Notes: generated by a model not told the origin, from the sequence alone. 62,293 nt of DNA, filler included, from Nemertoderma westbladi (GCA_032718475.1; 3 parts of 3 records of this genome joined end to end with filler, not necessarily neighbours in it), one strand, 5' to 3'. Positions 22,925 through 34,051 are shown, numbered from the whole stretch's first letter. Program-made: numbers and translations.

Positions 22925-25900
22925 ATGGAGTTGCAAGAAGTGCAGCAAAGTATCGCGCTAGAACGCGATAAATTAACAAATTTACAAAAGGGTATACCAC
23001 CACCCTCTGTAACAATGTGTCAACCCATTAGGTCTGAAGTATCTCATGCGCAAGGTGTGGAGCCTACACGCATCTATACTGCTAGCGAAGTAGAAACTCC
23101 TATAGTGAACCCTATTAAGGGTAGTTATAGACCTGTTGATAATGATATTCCATATAGAACAGATCATAATCCGAGAAATTTATATACCGATAACTCGATA
23201 TTCAATAATACGATGGCCCAAGAAAGTTTTACGCGTCAAATGGCTAGAACCGAAGCCCGGCAAGCGGTGAAGGTGGGAGAGATCGTCAAGTTCAATGGAG
23301 ATGAGATGAAATGGTTACCTTTTAATGAATATTACAAAGATAACATACAGAACTCTGTACTATCTAATGGAGAGAAACTTAGATTCCTCATCGAGTGCTT
23401 GGAAGGATCTCCCAAGTTAATGGCGTTAAAATTTATTGGACATCCGGATGGATTAAGACAAGTTTGGGATACACTAAACATCAGGTATGGTGATAGGAAT
23501 AACATAGCTGGGTATTTGTATGCAAAGCTGGTAGCGCCCCGAAAGCACGTTCTTAGCAGCGGAATTATCGAGTTTTCCGATGAAATTCAGGAGATCTGCA
23601 GACAATTAGATTGGCTAGGTAAGTCTCATGAGTATCAGAACACTATGGTTATTAGAGCAGTGGCTTCTACTTTACCAAAGGGTGGAGTAGGTACACGCTG
23701 GGATAAGAAAGTGTTATATATGAGGGAACAACAACGACAAGACCCTACCATGGCTGATCTCATGTCATTCCTGGATGGAGAGGTGAAATTGCAACTCCTC
23801 AAGCAATCCAGAGAGAAGACACCGGAAAACAAGGTAAGTGAAAAACCCGTCTCCAGAAGAAAGGTGACACCAGTGTGTTATACCGACGACGGCGAAAGCC
23901 AAGCTTCCCAAGGGGAGGATAGCGGGAAAGACACTGAAAGATCTTATTATGTCAATAAAATACCTAAAGATCAGGTAAGTAAACTTAGGTCTCGAACAAA
24001 TGACAGGAGAGAACAGGTAAGAAAAACTCCTCCTACGTCTCCCAAGAGAATTCCGGTGAGAAAGCCCGAAGAAAGGGCAAGTGTACACAATGTGACTCAA
24101 GGGAAAGTGAGTAACATCAAACTGAAATGTGCGCTATGCGACGGGACCCACCGTTTGAATATGTGTGATGACTTCCTGAAGAAATCGTTGGCGGAGAGAC
24201 GAGAAGTCATGTGGGATAAGCGGTTATGTTATAATTGCCTCAGACAAGGACACCAACGGCGTACCTGTTTCTCTGACATAAAGTGTGCAAAATGTGGTGC
24301 GAAACATCATACCTTGTTGCACTCTGAATTCGAGCGAAATAGTCCGAATCAGGTAAGTGATTCCGAGCTACATGTCCAATTCAGTGATGTGAACGACACT
24401 GATCAGTCTGAAATGGAAGGATTCTACACAGATGAGTTCTCCGACGAAAACGAATCCTGTTACATGATAAATACCGCAGTGTATCGAGCACTCACATACG
24501 AAAAAGATACAGACAGCGACCTCACTCTATCTACTTCTAATCAACAACCTTCTTGGAAGGAGACAACTTCCAATATAGGAATCCGAGAATTTCCTGTAGT
24601 CCAGTTGCGAGTCCATGGACCTAAGCGGAGTTATGTAGTGAACGCCCTCTTAGACTCCGGCAGCACAGGAACGTTCATTGATAGAGAACTAGCCGAAGAT
24701 ATATTCGATGGACAACCCAAGTTCCGAACTAAACTAAACATGTCAGGAATCATGCAAGTTTGGAAATCTACAATAACAGCTGATTATTATGTAGGAGCGT
24801 TGTCTACACCCCAGGACGAGCTAGGAAAACATAGCATCAGGTCAGTGAAAATGGTGGCTATAAAGAACTTCGCTACTACTCAAGCAGACCTTTATAATTG
24901 GGACGAAGATGAGAGTATACAACATCTTAACATACCTCGATTCCCTACAGATTATCCTGGAGTGCAGATACTCATCGGCCAAAACGCGCATGAGGCGCTG
25001 GAGACATTAGAGAAACGGCCTGCTCAACCGCAGCCATTACAGACCTATGCGGTAAGAACTAGAGTAGGTTGGTACTTTACTGGACCTTCCCGTAGAACAC
25101 TTAGAGAAAGACTACCGTCAGAGAACTTCTGCCAGGTAAGTGAATGGGAAGATGATACTAGTGAAGGAGACAATTTAACTGAGGGAACTCCATACTCCTC
25201 AGACAACGACGATATTCACCAGCTTTTCGATGAGGAGAATACCATCGATCTCCTTAAGGAAAACGAGACTTGGCAAAACCAAGTGAACTTATGTCAACTT
25301 CTCTATCCATCTGAACGAGAAGCGTATAACGACGAATTGAATGACGCCATTGAGCGCTGCAATGCCAAGACTCGAGACGAACATGCCGTAAGATTCTTTA
25401 CGCAGGAAGCAGTAGAGCCCAATTCCTACGATAAAGCTTTATCAGTGGAAGAGGAAAGGGCCAAGCAGATCCAAGAGACAACTACACGTTTCCTAAAAGA
25501 TCAAGGTCGGTATGAAGTCGGTCTACCCTTCCGTAAGAGAGAACCGAAGTTCATCAATAACAGACCTTTGGCGGAAAAAAGAATCGTGCAACTCCATCGA
25601 CGCCTTACGGCTAATTCTTCAGCTAAAGCGATGTATCAAACCCAGCTGGAGAAATTTATTCATAAGGGATACGCGGAGAGAGTACCGGAAGAAACACCTG
25701 TTACAGAAAGAACGTATTACTTAACTCACCATTACGTTCCTAAACCCGGTAAACCAAACGAAGTAAGAGTAGTGTTTGATGGCTCCGCTCTTTACATGGG
25801 ACAATCCCTTAACTCTGAATTGTTACCCGGACCCAACTTACTTCAATCCTTGTTGGGAATTCTTCTACGATTGAGACAATATTCGATTGCTTTCGCCTCC

Positions 25901-28900
25901 GATATAGAAGGCATGTTCTTGCAAGTTAAAGTGTTGGAGAAGGATCGAGATAGCCTACGATTTCTGTGGTGGCCCGAAGGAGATCTCAACCAAAAACCGG
26001 TGGAGTATTGGATGACCATCCAGGCCTTTGGGATAATCTCAAGCCCTTCCAACGCCTGTTCTGTAGTGCGTACCACTGCAGAAGACAATCGAGATGCCTT
26101 CTCGAAGGAAGTGATCGACAACATCAAGAGGGATATCTACATGGACGACAATTTGAAGTCCCTTCCATCAGTTGAGGAAGCCATTGAAGTTGCTAAGGGT
26201 ACGGTAGAGTGCTTAAAAAGAGGTGGGTTTAGATTAACGAAATTCACCAGCAACTCCCGTGAGTTTCTGGAGTCAATCCCTGCGGAAGAGCGAGGAGCGA
26301 AAGATCTCGATTTGATCAAAGATGATCTGCCAGAAACCAAGACACTCGGCTTGAAATGGGACACAGAGAGGGATATCCTGTTTTTTCAGCTAAAACAACG
26401 AGATAATCCAGTTCGAACCAAGCGGATTTGTTTAAGTATACTGAGCACTTATTTCGACCCATTGGGATTTATTAGCCCAGTTATATTGATTGCTCGTAGT
26501 TTGGTACAACAAATGTGGCTTGAAAACCACTCATGGGACGATCCACTTAAGGGAGAATTATTGAAGAAGTGGATGAAATGGGAAGATTCTCTGCCATCTA
26601 TCGAGGATTTTATAATTTCCCGTTCATATTTTGGACACGTTCTCCCTACGTATTCCTATCAACTCCATGTGTTTGGAGACGCCAGCGATATGGGAATAGG
26701 TATAGTAGCCTACCTAAGAGTGGAAACTCCAGATGGAATCAAGGTAGCCTTGGTTACTTCTAAGGCCTTAATCAACAACAAGTTGAAAGTTCCTCGAGCG
26801 GAGTTAAAGGCGGCTCTATACGCTACAGCCATCGGCCGGAATGTAACAGAACAGATTGACTATCCATTAGAGAAAACTGTCTATTGGACCGACGCTTTGC
26901 TCGTGTTAGAGTATATAACCAATGAAGTCTGTCAGTTCAGCGTCTTCGTTACCAACAGAGTAGCCATCATACTTAGTCGCACGACGATGGACCAATGGAG
27001 ACATTGTCCCGGAACGCTTAATCCGGCAGACATCGCTTCCAGGGGAGCGACTCCAAGGGAACTAGTAAATACTCCCGAATGGTTAGGAGGACCTGACTTT
27101 CTCTACCGAGAAGAAGAAGAATGGCCACCCCATCTCACAACAGCAGAGATCAGACAGGCCAAGGGAGCGGAGAAGGTTAAACCCAAAACTCGAGCGAGTA
27201 AATCGAAGTTGTTTAAACCTGCGGTTGATCTATCTGTATTATTTACTTCCGGAGAAGATGCCTTGGATCAGAAATCCACAGCCACAGATAAAGAAGTCTT
27301 GGAAATCCGTGATAAGGATTGGAAATCTGGAATACCAGATACCTCACAGGGACTCTCACCTCTCTTGCAGAGAGCGATACGTCACTACAGTTCCTGGAAT
27401 CGGCTTTGTAAAGCTGTCACCTATTTGAAACGATGTTTTCATCATCGTTACTCCGGAACAAAGACCGATGGTGATGATATTCCACCAACATCTGCAAGAG
27501 TCCATGTTGTTAAAGATCTCCCCAAGTACAAGATATCCGACAGGTTTCTAAAGGAGAAGATCAGCTACAAGGAGCATGATGAAACCAACAAACAGATGCT
27601 AAGGCTTCTACAATGCTATGAGGATTCCGATAAGTATTTCCTGTTGTTAAGAAATCCGCAGATGCGCTTAAAGGATCGCTTCTCTAGCACCATGATAGAT
27701 GGGTTGATACGTGTTGGAGGTAGGCTCACTAACGCCCCATTATCCTTTGACACTAAGTTTCCCATACTTATTAGAAATCTTGATATACAAATCAAGATGA
27801 TTGTAGATGTTCATAGCAGACTGTACCATGCGGGTAGAGAACGAGTTCTGAGCGAAATTCGAACTCGCTACTATTTTTATAAACCCCGTAGAGCTCTGAA
27901 CCAAGTTCTTAGGAACTGCATACCCTGTAGGAAAGCATTCAGTAGGCCTTTAACACAGCGAGAGGCAGAATTACCTAGGGAACGAGTAAGCTTTTATGAA
28001 CCACCCTTTACTAATACTGGTGTGGATTTATTTGGCCCTATTGAAGTATATCGTGCTAGGACTATAGTCAAGAGATGGTGCGTCATCTTCGTGTGCATGA
28101 CTTGTCGAGCCATCCATCTTGATATGGTGAACGATCTATCCACTAACAGCTTCGTCTTAAGTTTACGACGACAGATCGCTCGCTTCGGAACTAGTAATAC
28201 CATGCGATCGGACAAGGGAACGAACTTCATTGGCGCCAATAACGAAATCCAGGCTTACGTGAAGGACTGGAACCAAAGACAGGTGGACGATCAGCTAAGA
28301 ATAACCGCGTCTAGCTGGACCTTCAACGCCGCCGACGCCCCTTGGTGGGGAGGAAGTTGGGAGAGATTGATTCGGAGTGTTAAGACAGCATTTCACTTTA
28401 TAGTGCCGTGCCGTGCGTATCTCACCGACGAACTTTTGCGGACGTTAATGGAGGAAATCGCTGCCTATCTCAACGAGAGACCGCTTATGCCCGTCTCATC
28501 GAGTCCCGATTCCCTGGAAGCGCTAACACCCGCGCACTTCTTACTTAAGAAACCTGTAGCCATGCTTCCCCAATCAGAGATTGTCGACGGAGATGAATAT
28601 TGCCGCCGAACTTGGCAACTTATGCAATTGCTATCTCGTCGTTTCGCTGATCACTTTGAAAAGCATTATCTGCCCACACTACAACTTCGAACTAAGTGGT
28701 TTGCGCAGCAAGAAAATGTCAGCGCCGGAGATATGGTGCTTATTGTGGATCCCGACCTCCCACGTAAGCGGTGGCAGACAGGACGCATCATAGAGACTCA
28801 CATTTCAAGTGACGGTTTAGTACGATCAGTAGAACTCGTAGTTATGCGGCGCAACTTCAAAAAACCGGGAATAATATTTGAGACGCAACAACTCAATCGC

Positions 28901-29044
28901 CCAGTTGGTCGTTTATGTTTATTAGAAAGAGACAGAGAACTTTCCGGAAACTATGGAAGGCAAGACACTCTTCCCACGACCACCTCCCTAATTCCTCAAA
29001 CATCTAGGGACTCCCACCTTAATGCGTCTGGAGTGGGCGTATGA
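22925..29044 (+). CDS. BEL/Pao Gag-Pol polyprotein (capsid-like region, 3 zinc knuckles, aspartic protease, RT, RNase H, integrase)
   Basis: KFNGDEMKW; CALCDGTH, CYNCLRQGH and CAKCGAKHH knuckles; LLDSGS; RVVFDGS, DIEGMFLQV, YMDD; LHVFGDAS, PRAEL, NPADIASRG; HSRLYHAG..CIPC, GVDLFGP, SDKGTNF, GGSWERLIRSVK. Confidence 0.96.
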   Translation: MELQEVQQSIALERDKLTNLQKGIPPPSVTMCQPIRSEVSHAQGVEPTRIYTASEVETPIVNPIKGSYRPVDNDIPYRTDHNPRNLYTDNSIFNNTMAQESFTRQMARTEARQAVKVGEIVKFNGDEMKWLPFNEYYKDNIQNSVLSNGEKLRFLIECLEGSPKLMALKFIGHPDGLRQVWDTLNIRYGDRNNIAGYLYAKLVAPRKHVLSSGIIEFSDEIQEICRQLDWLGKSHEYQNTMVIRAVASTLPKGGVGTRWDKKVLYMREQQRQDPTMADLMSFLDGEVKLQLLKQSREKTPENKVSEKPVSRRKVTPVCYTDDGESQASQGEDSGKDTERSYYVNKIPKDQVSKLRSRTNDRREQVRKTPPTSPKRIPVRKPEERASVHNVTQGKVSNIKLKCALCDGTHRLNMCDDFLKKSLAERREVMWDKRLCYNCLRQGHQRRTCFSDIKCAKCGAKHHTLLHSEFERNSPNQVSDSELHVQFSDVNDTDQSEMEGFYTDEFSDENESCYMINTAVYRALTYEKDTDSDLTLSTSNQQPSWKETTSNIGIREFPVVQLRVHGPKRSYVVNALLDSGSTGTFIDRELAEDIFDGQPKFRTKLNMSGIMQVWKSTITADYYVGALSTPQDELGKHSIRSVKMVAIKNFATTQADLYNWDEDESIQHLNIPRFPTDYPGVQILIGQNAHEALETLEKRPAQPQPLQTYAVRTRVGWYFTGPSRRTLRERLPSENFCQVSEWEDDTSEGDNLTEGTPYSSDNDDIHQLFDEENTIDLLKENETWQNQVNLCQLLYPSEREAYNDELNDAIERCNAKTRDEHAVRFFTQEAVEPNSYDKALSVEEERAKQIQETTTRFLKDQGRYEVGLPFRKREPKFINNRPLAEKRIVQLHRRLTANSSAKAMYQTQLEKFIHKGYAERVPEETPVTERTYYLTHHYVPKPGKPNEVRVVFDGSALYMGQSLNSELLPGPNLLQSLLGILLRLRQYSIAFASDIEGMFLQVKVLEKDRDSLRFLWWPEGDLNQKPVEYWMTIQAFGIISSPSNACSVVRTTAEDNRDAFSKEVIDNIKRDIYMDDNLKSLPSVEEAIEVAKGTVECLKRGGFRLTKFTSNSREFLESIPAEERGAKDLDLIKDDLPETKTLGLKWDTERDILFFQLKQRDNPVRTKRICLSILSTYFDPLGFISPVILIARSLVQQMWLENHSWDDPLKGELLKKWMKWEDSLPSIEDFIISRSYFGHVLPTYSYQLHVFGDASDMGIGIVAYLRVETPDGIKVALVTSKALINNKLKVPRAELKAALYATAIGRNVTEQIDYPLEKTVYWTDALLVLEYITNEVCQFSVFVTNRVAIILSRTTMDQWRHCPGTLNPADIASRGATPRELVNTPEWLGGPDFLYREEEEWPPHLTTAEIRQAKGAEKVKPKTRASKSKLFKPAVDLSVLFTSGEDALDQKSTATDKEVLEIRDKDWKSGIPDTSQGLSPLLQRAIRHYSSWNRLCKAVTYLKRCFHHRYSGTKTDGDDIPPTSARVHVVKDLPKYKISDRFLKEKISYKEHDETNKQMLRLLQCYEDSDKYFLLLRNPQMRLKDRFSSTMIDGLIRVGGRLTNAPLSFDTKFPILIRNLDIQIKMIVDVHSRLYHAGRERVLSEIRTRYYFYKPRRALNQVLRNCIPCRKAFSRPLTQREAELPRERVSFYEPPFTNTGVDLFGPIEVYRARTIVKRWCVIFVCMTCRAIHLDMVNDLSTNSFVLSLRRQIARFGTSNTMRSDKGTNFIGANNEIQAYVKDWNQRQVDDQLRITASSWTFNAADAPWWGGSWERLIRSVKTAFHFIVPCRAYLTDELLRTLMEEIAAYLNERPLMPVSSSPDSLEALTPAHFLLKKPVAMLPQSEIVDGDEYCRRTWQLMQLLSRRFADHFEKHYLPTLQLRTKWFAQQENVSAGDMVLIVDPDLPRKRWQTGRIIETHISSDGLVRSVELVVMRRNFKKPGIIFETQQLNRPVGRLCLLERDRELSGNYGRQDTLPTTTSLIPQTSRDSHLNASGVGV

Positions 29045-30657
29045 CTATAATATTTTCTCTGTTTTATTTATTTTACATATAAATATTATTATTTACTTTA
29101 TTATAATCGTTTTTATTTAATTTTAGTTAAGTAGAGTGTTATTTTGGATTATTTAGTAGACTAGTGCAATATATTAGTGTTTATTACGTAATTACCTAAT
29201 ATACTTAGTGCGACGGCGAGAAACAATTATTTTCTCTTTCCTTACTGTCCGTATTATATTATAAATGCGAGACTATAGTAAGATGATATGTCCGTACTTA
29301 TTAAAGTACAATAAAGCCACTACTATATTAAAGTATTATTGGTAGGCAGAGTATTAGGAATGCAAAGTTCAGATCCTCGTGTCTCGGCTAAACCAAGCTC
29401 TGGGTAGACCTTGGAAACGACTTGCCTCTTCACACTGACATTGCCTCGTGCGATATTGCTCTTCTACCGTATATTAAATAATACAATATAGTAGCGTGTT
29501 GTCCCTTTAACAGTGGCGTATAACGCAAAATAAATCTGTTAAACCCTTTGACCATCTGTAATTCTAGTCTATTAAGATATCGCGGCACCCACCGATATAC
29601 TTGAAAGACAAATTATAGAATCAGTGGTTAACGTCCCCAGACAAGTTCTGGAATAAATCGGTGCCCATCTCAAATATTAATTATTTAATATTTGCAAATC
29701 AAATAAGTCAAAATCTGTAAAACTCAGATCCTTCAATAATTCTAGTCATTTAAGATATCGTAGCATTTACCGGTATTCTTAAAAGGACAAATTTTACAGA
29801 ATTAAGGATCTTGTGTCCCTAGACATGTTCTAGAATCAAAATATGTCCATTTAATTATCAAATAATAAAATTTCAGGGAATAAATTTAAATTCATGCCTT
29901 TAATGAATTTAATAAATTGCCTTTTTACGCAATTTATAACATTCCCAAAATTCCATTAATTAATAGATCAAGGGAGCGGAGATTATATTATTATTCGTAT
30001 GAGTGTGCGAAAATCTCCCAAACATAGTCAATAGCCGATAAAATTCATAAAGTCATGTATGGAAGGAACATTGACTATTAAAGAATTACTATTAAATAAC
30101 ATCCCAGATCTGTATGCATTGGAATTACTCTAATTCTACCGCTAGCTTTGCATAATGTCACCATAGCAACAACCACGCTAGAATTGGAATTGAGTTAAAA
30201 GAACAATCGAAAGCTTGTCCCATTGAATAGCATAGAGAATAAACAGTGCACTGCTAGTATCCCAGGATACATGATAATAACGTGACATTCTGGAAGGCAC
30301 TGACTAACGGACAAGTGAATCGAGTGTGTGTAAGTTGTGACAAGTTGTGTGTGGTATTTATGAGTTTATAGGCGAATGTTACTACTAAGGTGTGTTTACA
30401 GTAGCTAGTCGCAATCGTGAAAGTAACCTAACTCTCCAAGGAAAACCTGAAGTATATCTAAGCTTTTGGGGACGGACAGTGGAGTGACTTGTGCCGGTTA
30501 TCGTTGCCGTGCTGTTGCCACAACGTTGGCGTAAACACGCGACAACGGTGCATCGGTGCTGAGGATCCCACTGTCCGGGGGCAGAGAGGGGTAGGCAGCG
30601 ACGCCCGCTCGCCTAAAGCCAAAATCCTTCTAATATTGATAAACTCATATAACAGAT

Positions 30658-31989
30658 ATGACGGAGTTGATAGAAGATGATCTTGGTATTAGAGAGGGAT
30701 ATACTTTACCTTTACAAGCAGTTGTGGATATCTTGATACGCGGTGAAGCCGATCCAACCATTACGGAGGACGATGGTCGTTATATCAAACCGCCGATGTC
30801 CCAAGAGCAACATACGCGTGAATTGGACTATCGAAAATTCACCGCTCGCTATACGAATCGTAATGGTACGTATATGGACTTCCTAACTACCGGCCATCCT
30901 ATCGATTTACACAATACGGACTGTGTCGACTATATATCCTGCCCAGCGGAGTCGGAACCATAAACTGAAATTCGAATGCGAAAATTCTATTCGAAATCGA
31001 CTCGAAAGAAAAGGCACTAAAGAAACAAATGGACGCGGTAACTCCAACGTATATTTGGAATTCTTTATAGAAGCATTGTAACAACAAATAAATATCATCC
31101 GCGTTTACCCTACCCGACGTGCGTCTTTGGTATTACTGTGACGAATGCCCTAGACCTAACCAGCAAATCGAAAGATATAAACATCCACGGAAACGTTGTG
31201 TTAAACACAGTTGTGCTCGTTATACTTATGGGAGTTTCGAACGAAACCCTTTCGACGTATCACCTACGGTCGCGCGTCTTAAGCGATCATTAAATAAACC
31301 CATGATCAGAGTTCCGGAATACTCGGTCAGACCTCCTCATTCCCAAGTAATACCTCAAACTCTCGATCCTAATAGTATTACGGATCCTCGCGGATTGTAT
31401 TCACTGCTCAAAGATCTAGTGCTGCCCTAACAATTAATCGATAACACTCCGACAGTGATTTCTGGCTAGTCGCCCATCTTACCTAGCCGGATTGTGACGC
31501 GGACACCTAATATCACTATCCAACCGTATGGTCGTCCCCGTTTAACGCGACACAACCCTTCATCAAGGTGAAGGAGAGCGTTGTACGAAACGAGTTAAAC
31601 GCTATTCTATAAAGATCAAAAAGGAAACCTGCGTTTGTTCAGATACACGTAAGATATAACAGTAAGTCCAATCGATAAACGAATTGGTCTTATCTCAGTT
31701 CGATTGGGAAATCTCGAATCTCTAAGAAGATATCGAGCTTAGAAAACCCTATTCTCTGCGAGAGTTTCGGACGAACGTATCCCATGATAAGCAGAGGAAA
31801 ATCAGATCGAGGAGAAGCATATCGAAATGGACGAGACACCGACCGTAAACCCAAACCTTCTAATGCAATTGTATTGCACCCTTCAACCGGAGTTATAGCA
31901 CTCCTCGTAAAGTGGCTCGCCCCAAAGAGAAAAGGACTCTGGCTAACCTTAAAAAACTGCGTAAACGCCGTCCGCGCAAGAAAAGCTAA
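30658..31989 (+). pseudogene. Degraded accessory ORF of the plus-strand BEL element
   Basis: N-terminal ~88 codons (MTELIEDDLG...GHPIDLH) and C-terminal ~45 codons (PSNAIVLHPS...KKLRKRRPRKKS*) match 18525-19973; the middle has stops and frameshifts. Confidence 0.75.
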
Positions 31990-32067
31990 CTGTTTAGAGT
32001 ATCTTTATATTTTAGAAACTGTGATTTGTTATATTTTATAGACTTAAATCCCATTTTCTGGGAGCGG

Positions 32068-33327
32068 TGTAAAAGCTTTTGCGTCATTAACCGGTTATTT
32101 TCCCTTAAAGTACTCTGTAGTTGGTTTGCCAGGCATAAAAGGGCCGTGTCCTTGCTGTACTGGTGTTTTAGAGGACATAAAAGTCATTTCTTATGTATTT
32201 GAACTGTATTTGTACTTTAGAGGACATAATCTGCAATATCATGACGTCAAAATCTAGATACTCTGGAGAACAGTGTCGCTACCATGACGACGGCTAGCTG
32301 CTGATATTGCCACGTTGCAACTTTATGTATCGGCCAATAGAATTGGATAAAATTTGGGTGTGTGTGGATTTCGACCAATCACACGCTGCTGAACTGAAAA
32401 ACCCTATCTTTATGCTCATTCTTTTGGTTGAACGGGTTTCTTTGTGAAATAGGTATAACTGTTGTTTCTGGGATCATTATGCAATCACGTATTTTCTTTT
32501 CGGTCCTAAAACCAGGAAAGAACGGCCTTATAGTGTTTTGTGCATTTTTCTGTTTTTAGCAGTACACTAGTAGGCTTAATTATAAGGGCATATATCCTTT
32601 AACGGACCCGGACTCGGATCACCAATTCAATGCAATTTGACTCGTACCCGTGTTATTTTATACTGCTATTTACTGTCAGTTCTTCATAATATTGCTGATG
32701 AATTATTATATTGGAATAACGAGAAACAACCCCGAAACCCAATATTCTTGATATACCGAAGGTAAGAGAGAAAGGTTACATATAAGCGATTGTGACTTAT
32801 GTTAAAGTGGTTTGAAGTGAATCTAATGTTATTTGGTAGACCCTACCTGAGTCAGTCTGTGTTCCTTTTATATGTAACTAAAATCAGTAAAGATCGGCAG
32901 ATTAGTGTGCAGTATTGTGCAGCATTGCGTATGAGTGAGTCTGTTAAAGAAGCATTTCCTAAAGAATGCGCCATATATGTGAATTATAATTGAGCCATAT
33001 CGTTGTGAGTAGTTTAAGTCATAGCTCTGTTTATATAGATAGAGCGCCACGTCCTAAAGGAACTGTTAATATTCCCCGAAGGTGAATAATATTGTCAGAG
33101 ATTATATAATACTGTCAGTCGAATAATACATTAGGCTTACATAGCAATAAGATTAAGCCGTCGAATCCAATCTCCCGGGTATAACCATCGGGTGAATGAT
33201 CGCGCACGGATTGGTTTCGACTAGTGTACTAAATCAAATAATTGTCATACGGCTAAAAGGTGATTTAATATCTGGAAGACATTATAAATTGGCAGGTTAA
33301 ACTGTCAAAGGTCTAAAAGCGCGAACA
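32068..33327 (+). mobile_element. 3' LTR (1260 bp) with TATA-like TTTATATA at ~33030
   Basis: Starts TGTAAAAGCTTTTG and ends AAAAGCGCGAACA, the same termini as the other LTRs; followed by flank CATTG. Confidence 0.88.
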
Positions 33328-33568
33328 CATTGCACTGATGGTGTCTGAAAGTCTCTCAAAAATCTCAACTTTTGCTCATATTGATACCTACAAATTTTCA
33401 ACTTGGCAGCTTTAAATCCGACAAAGTTATTAGCATGTCAAAATCGTAACGACGACGACGACAACGACGACGACAACGACGACGACGACAACTATTTGCA
33501 TAAATTGACCCACCCCCTAACAGTGTCAATTCGCTAAGGCTCCGCCAACTTCGTGGCTCGCCCCACAA
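33328..33568 (-). mobile_element. Half of a MITE with an (ACG)n tract, interrupted by the BEL insertion
   Basis: Reverse complement of 48446-48701. Confidence 0.8.
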
Positions 33569-33802
33569 CATTGATAGGAACACTTAGAATTATGACCATA
33601 TCGAAGTCGACATTTGATAGTAATTGAGACACATTACACCGACATAGAACGTGTGGGACCAAATGGAAGATGCGGATTACTTTAAATTTATGGATAATAT
33701 GGGTAAATGGGACTGGTTCAAACTTTACTGCCAGGTGGGAGTAAGTTTGTTATTTATCAGTTTCTAAACGAAAATTATATAAAATATTACAACCAAAAAT
33801 AG

Positions 33803-34051
33803 TTACCGTCGGAGATTTATCAGATACGGTTCCGGTTGAACGTCGTGGCAGCTGTAACTGTTGACTTCTATTCGAGGAACCCAGGGTTGCTCCCAAACTT
33901 TAGCCTCGCATTCCATTACTTTACCGTCAGTAACTAGGTTACATTTATCCACACTGACCCCGTAACCGTCATTCACACAATCGGTAACTCCTACAGAGAA
34001 TCTAATCCTGTAGAAAATACCAGCGACAACCTGAGACTGAACGTCGTGGAT
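33803..34051 (-). CDS. Type-2 cystatin, terminal exon (not in the ORF track)
   Basis: TTTAG acceptor, then IHDVQSQVVAGIFYRIRFSVGVTDCVNDGYGVSVDKCNLVTDGKVMECEAKVWEQPWVPRIEVNSYSCHDVQPEPYLINLRR*: QxVxG and PW motifs and four Cys. Confidence 0.9.
   Translation of the reverse strand: MHDVQSQVVAGIFYRIRFSVGVTDCVNDGYGVSVDKCNLVTDGKVMECEAKVWEQPWVPRIEVNSYSCHDVQPEPYLINLRR

Larger units (their letters stand above)
20646..33327 (+). mobile_element. BEL/Pao LTR retrotransposon, near full length (5' LTR and most of the leader lost at the contig end)
   Basis: gag-pol in PR-RT-RH-IN order, accessory region, GGGAGCGG tract at 32060-32067, 3' LTR TGT...ACA. Confidence 0.93.

Noticed and set aside
22900-22930. 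Programmed ribosomal frameshift between ORF1 and ORF2
   Set aside because: No slippery heptamer or ORF overlap seen; a simple TAAG duplication explains the break
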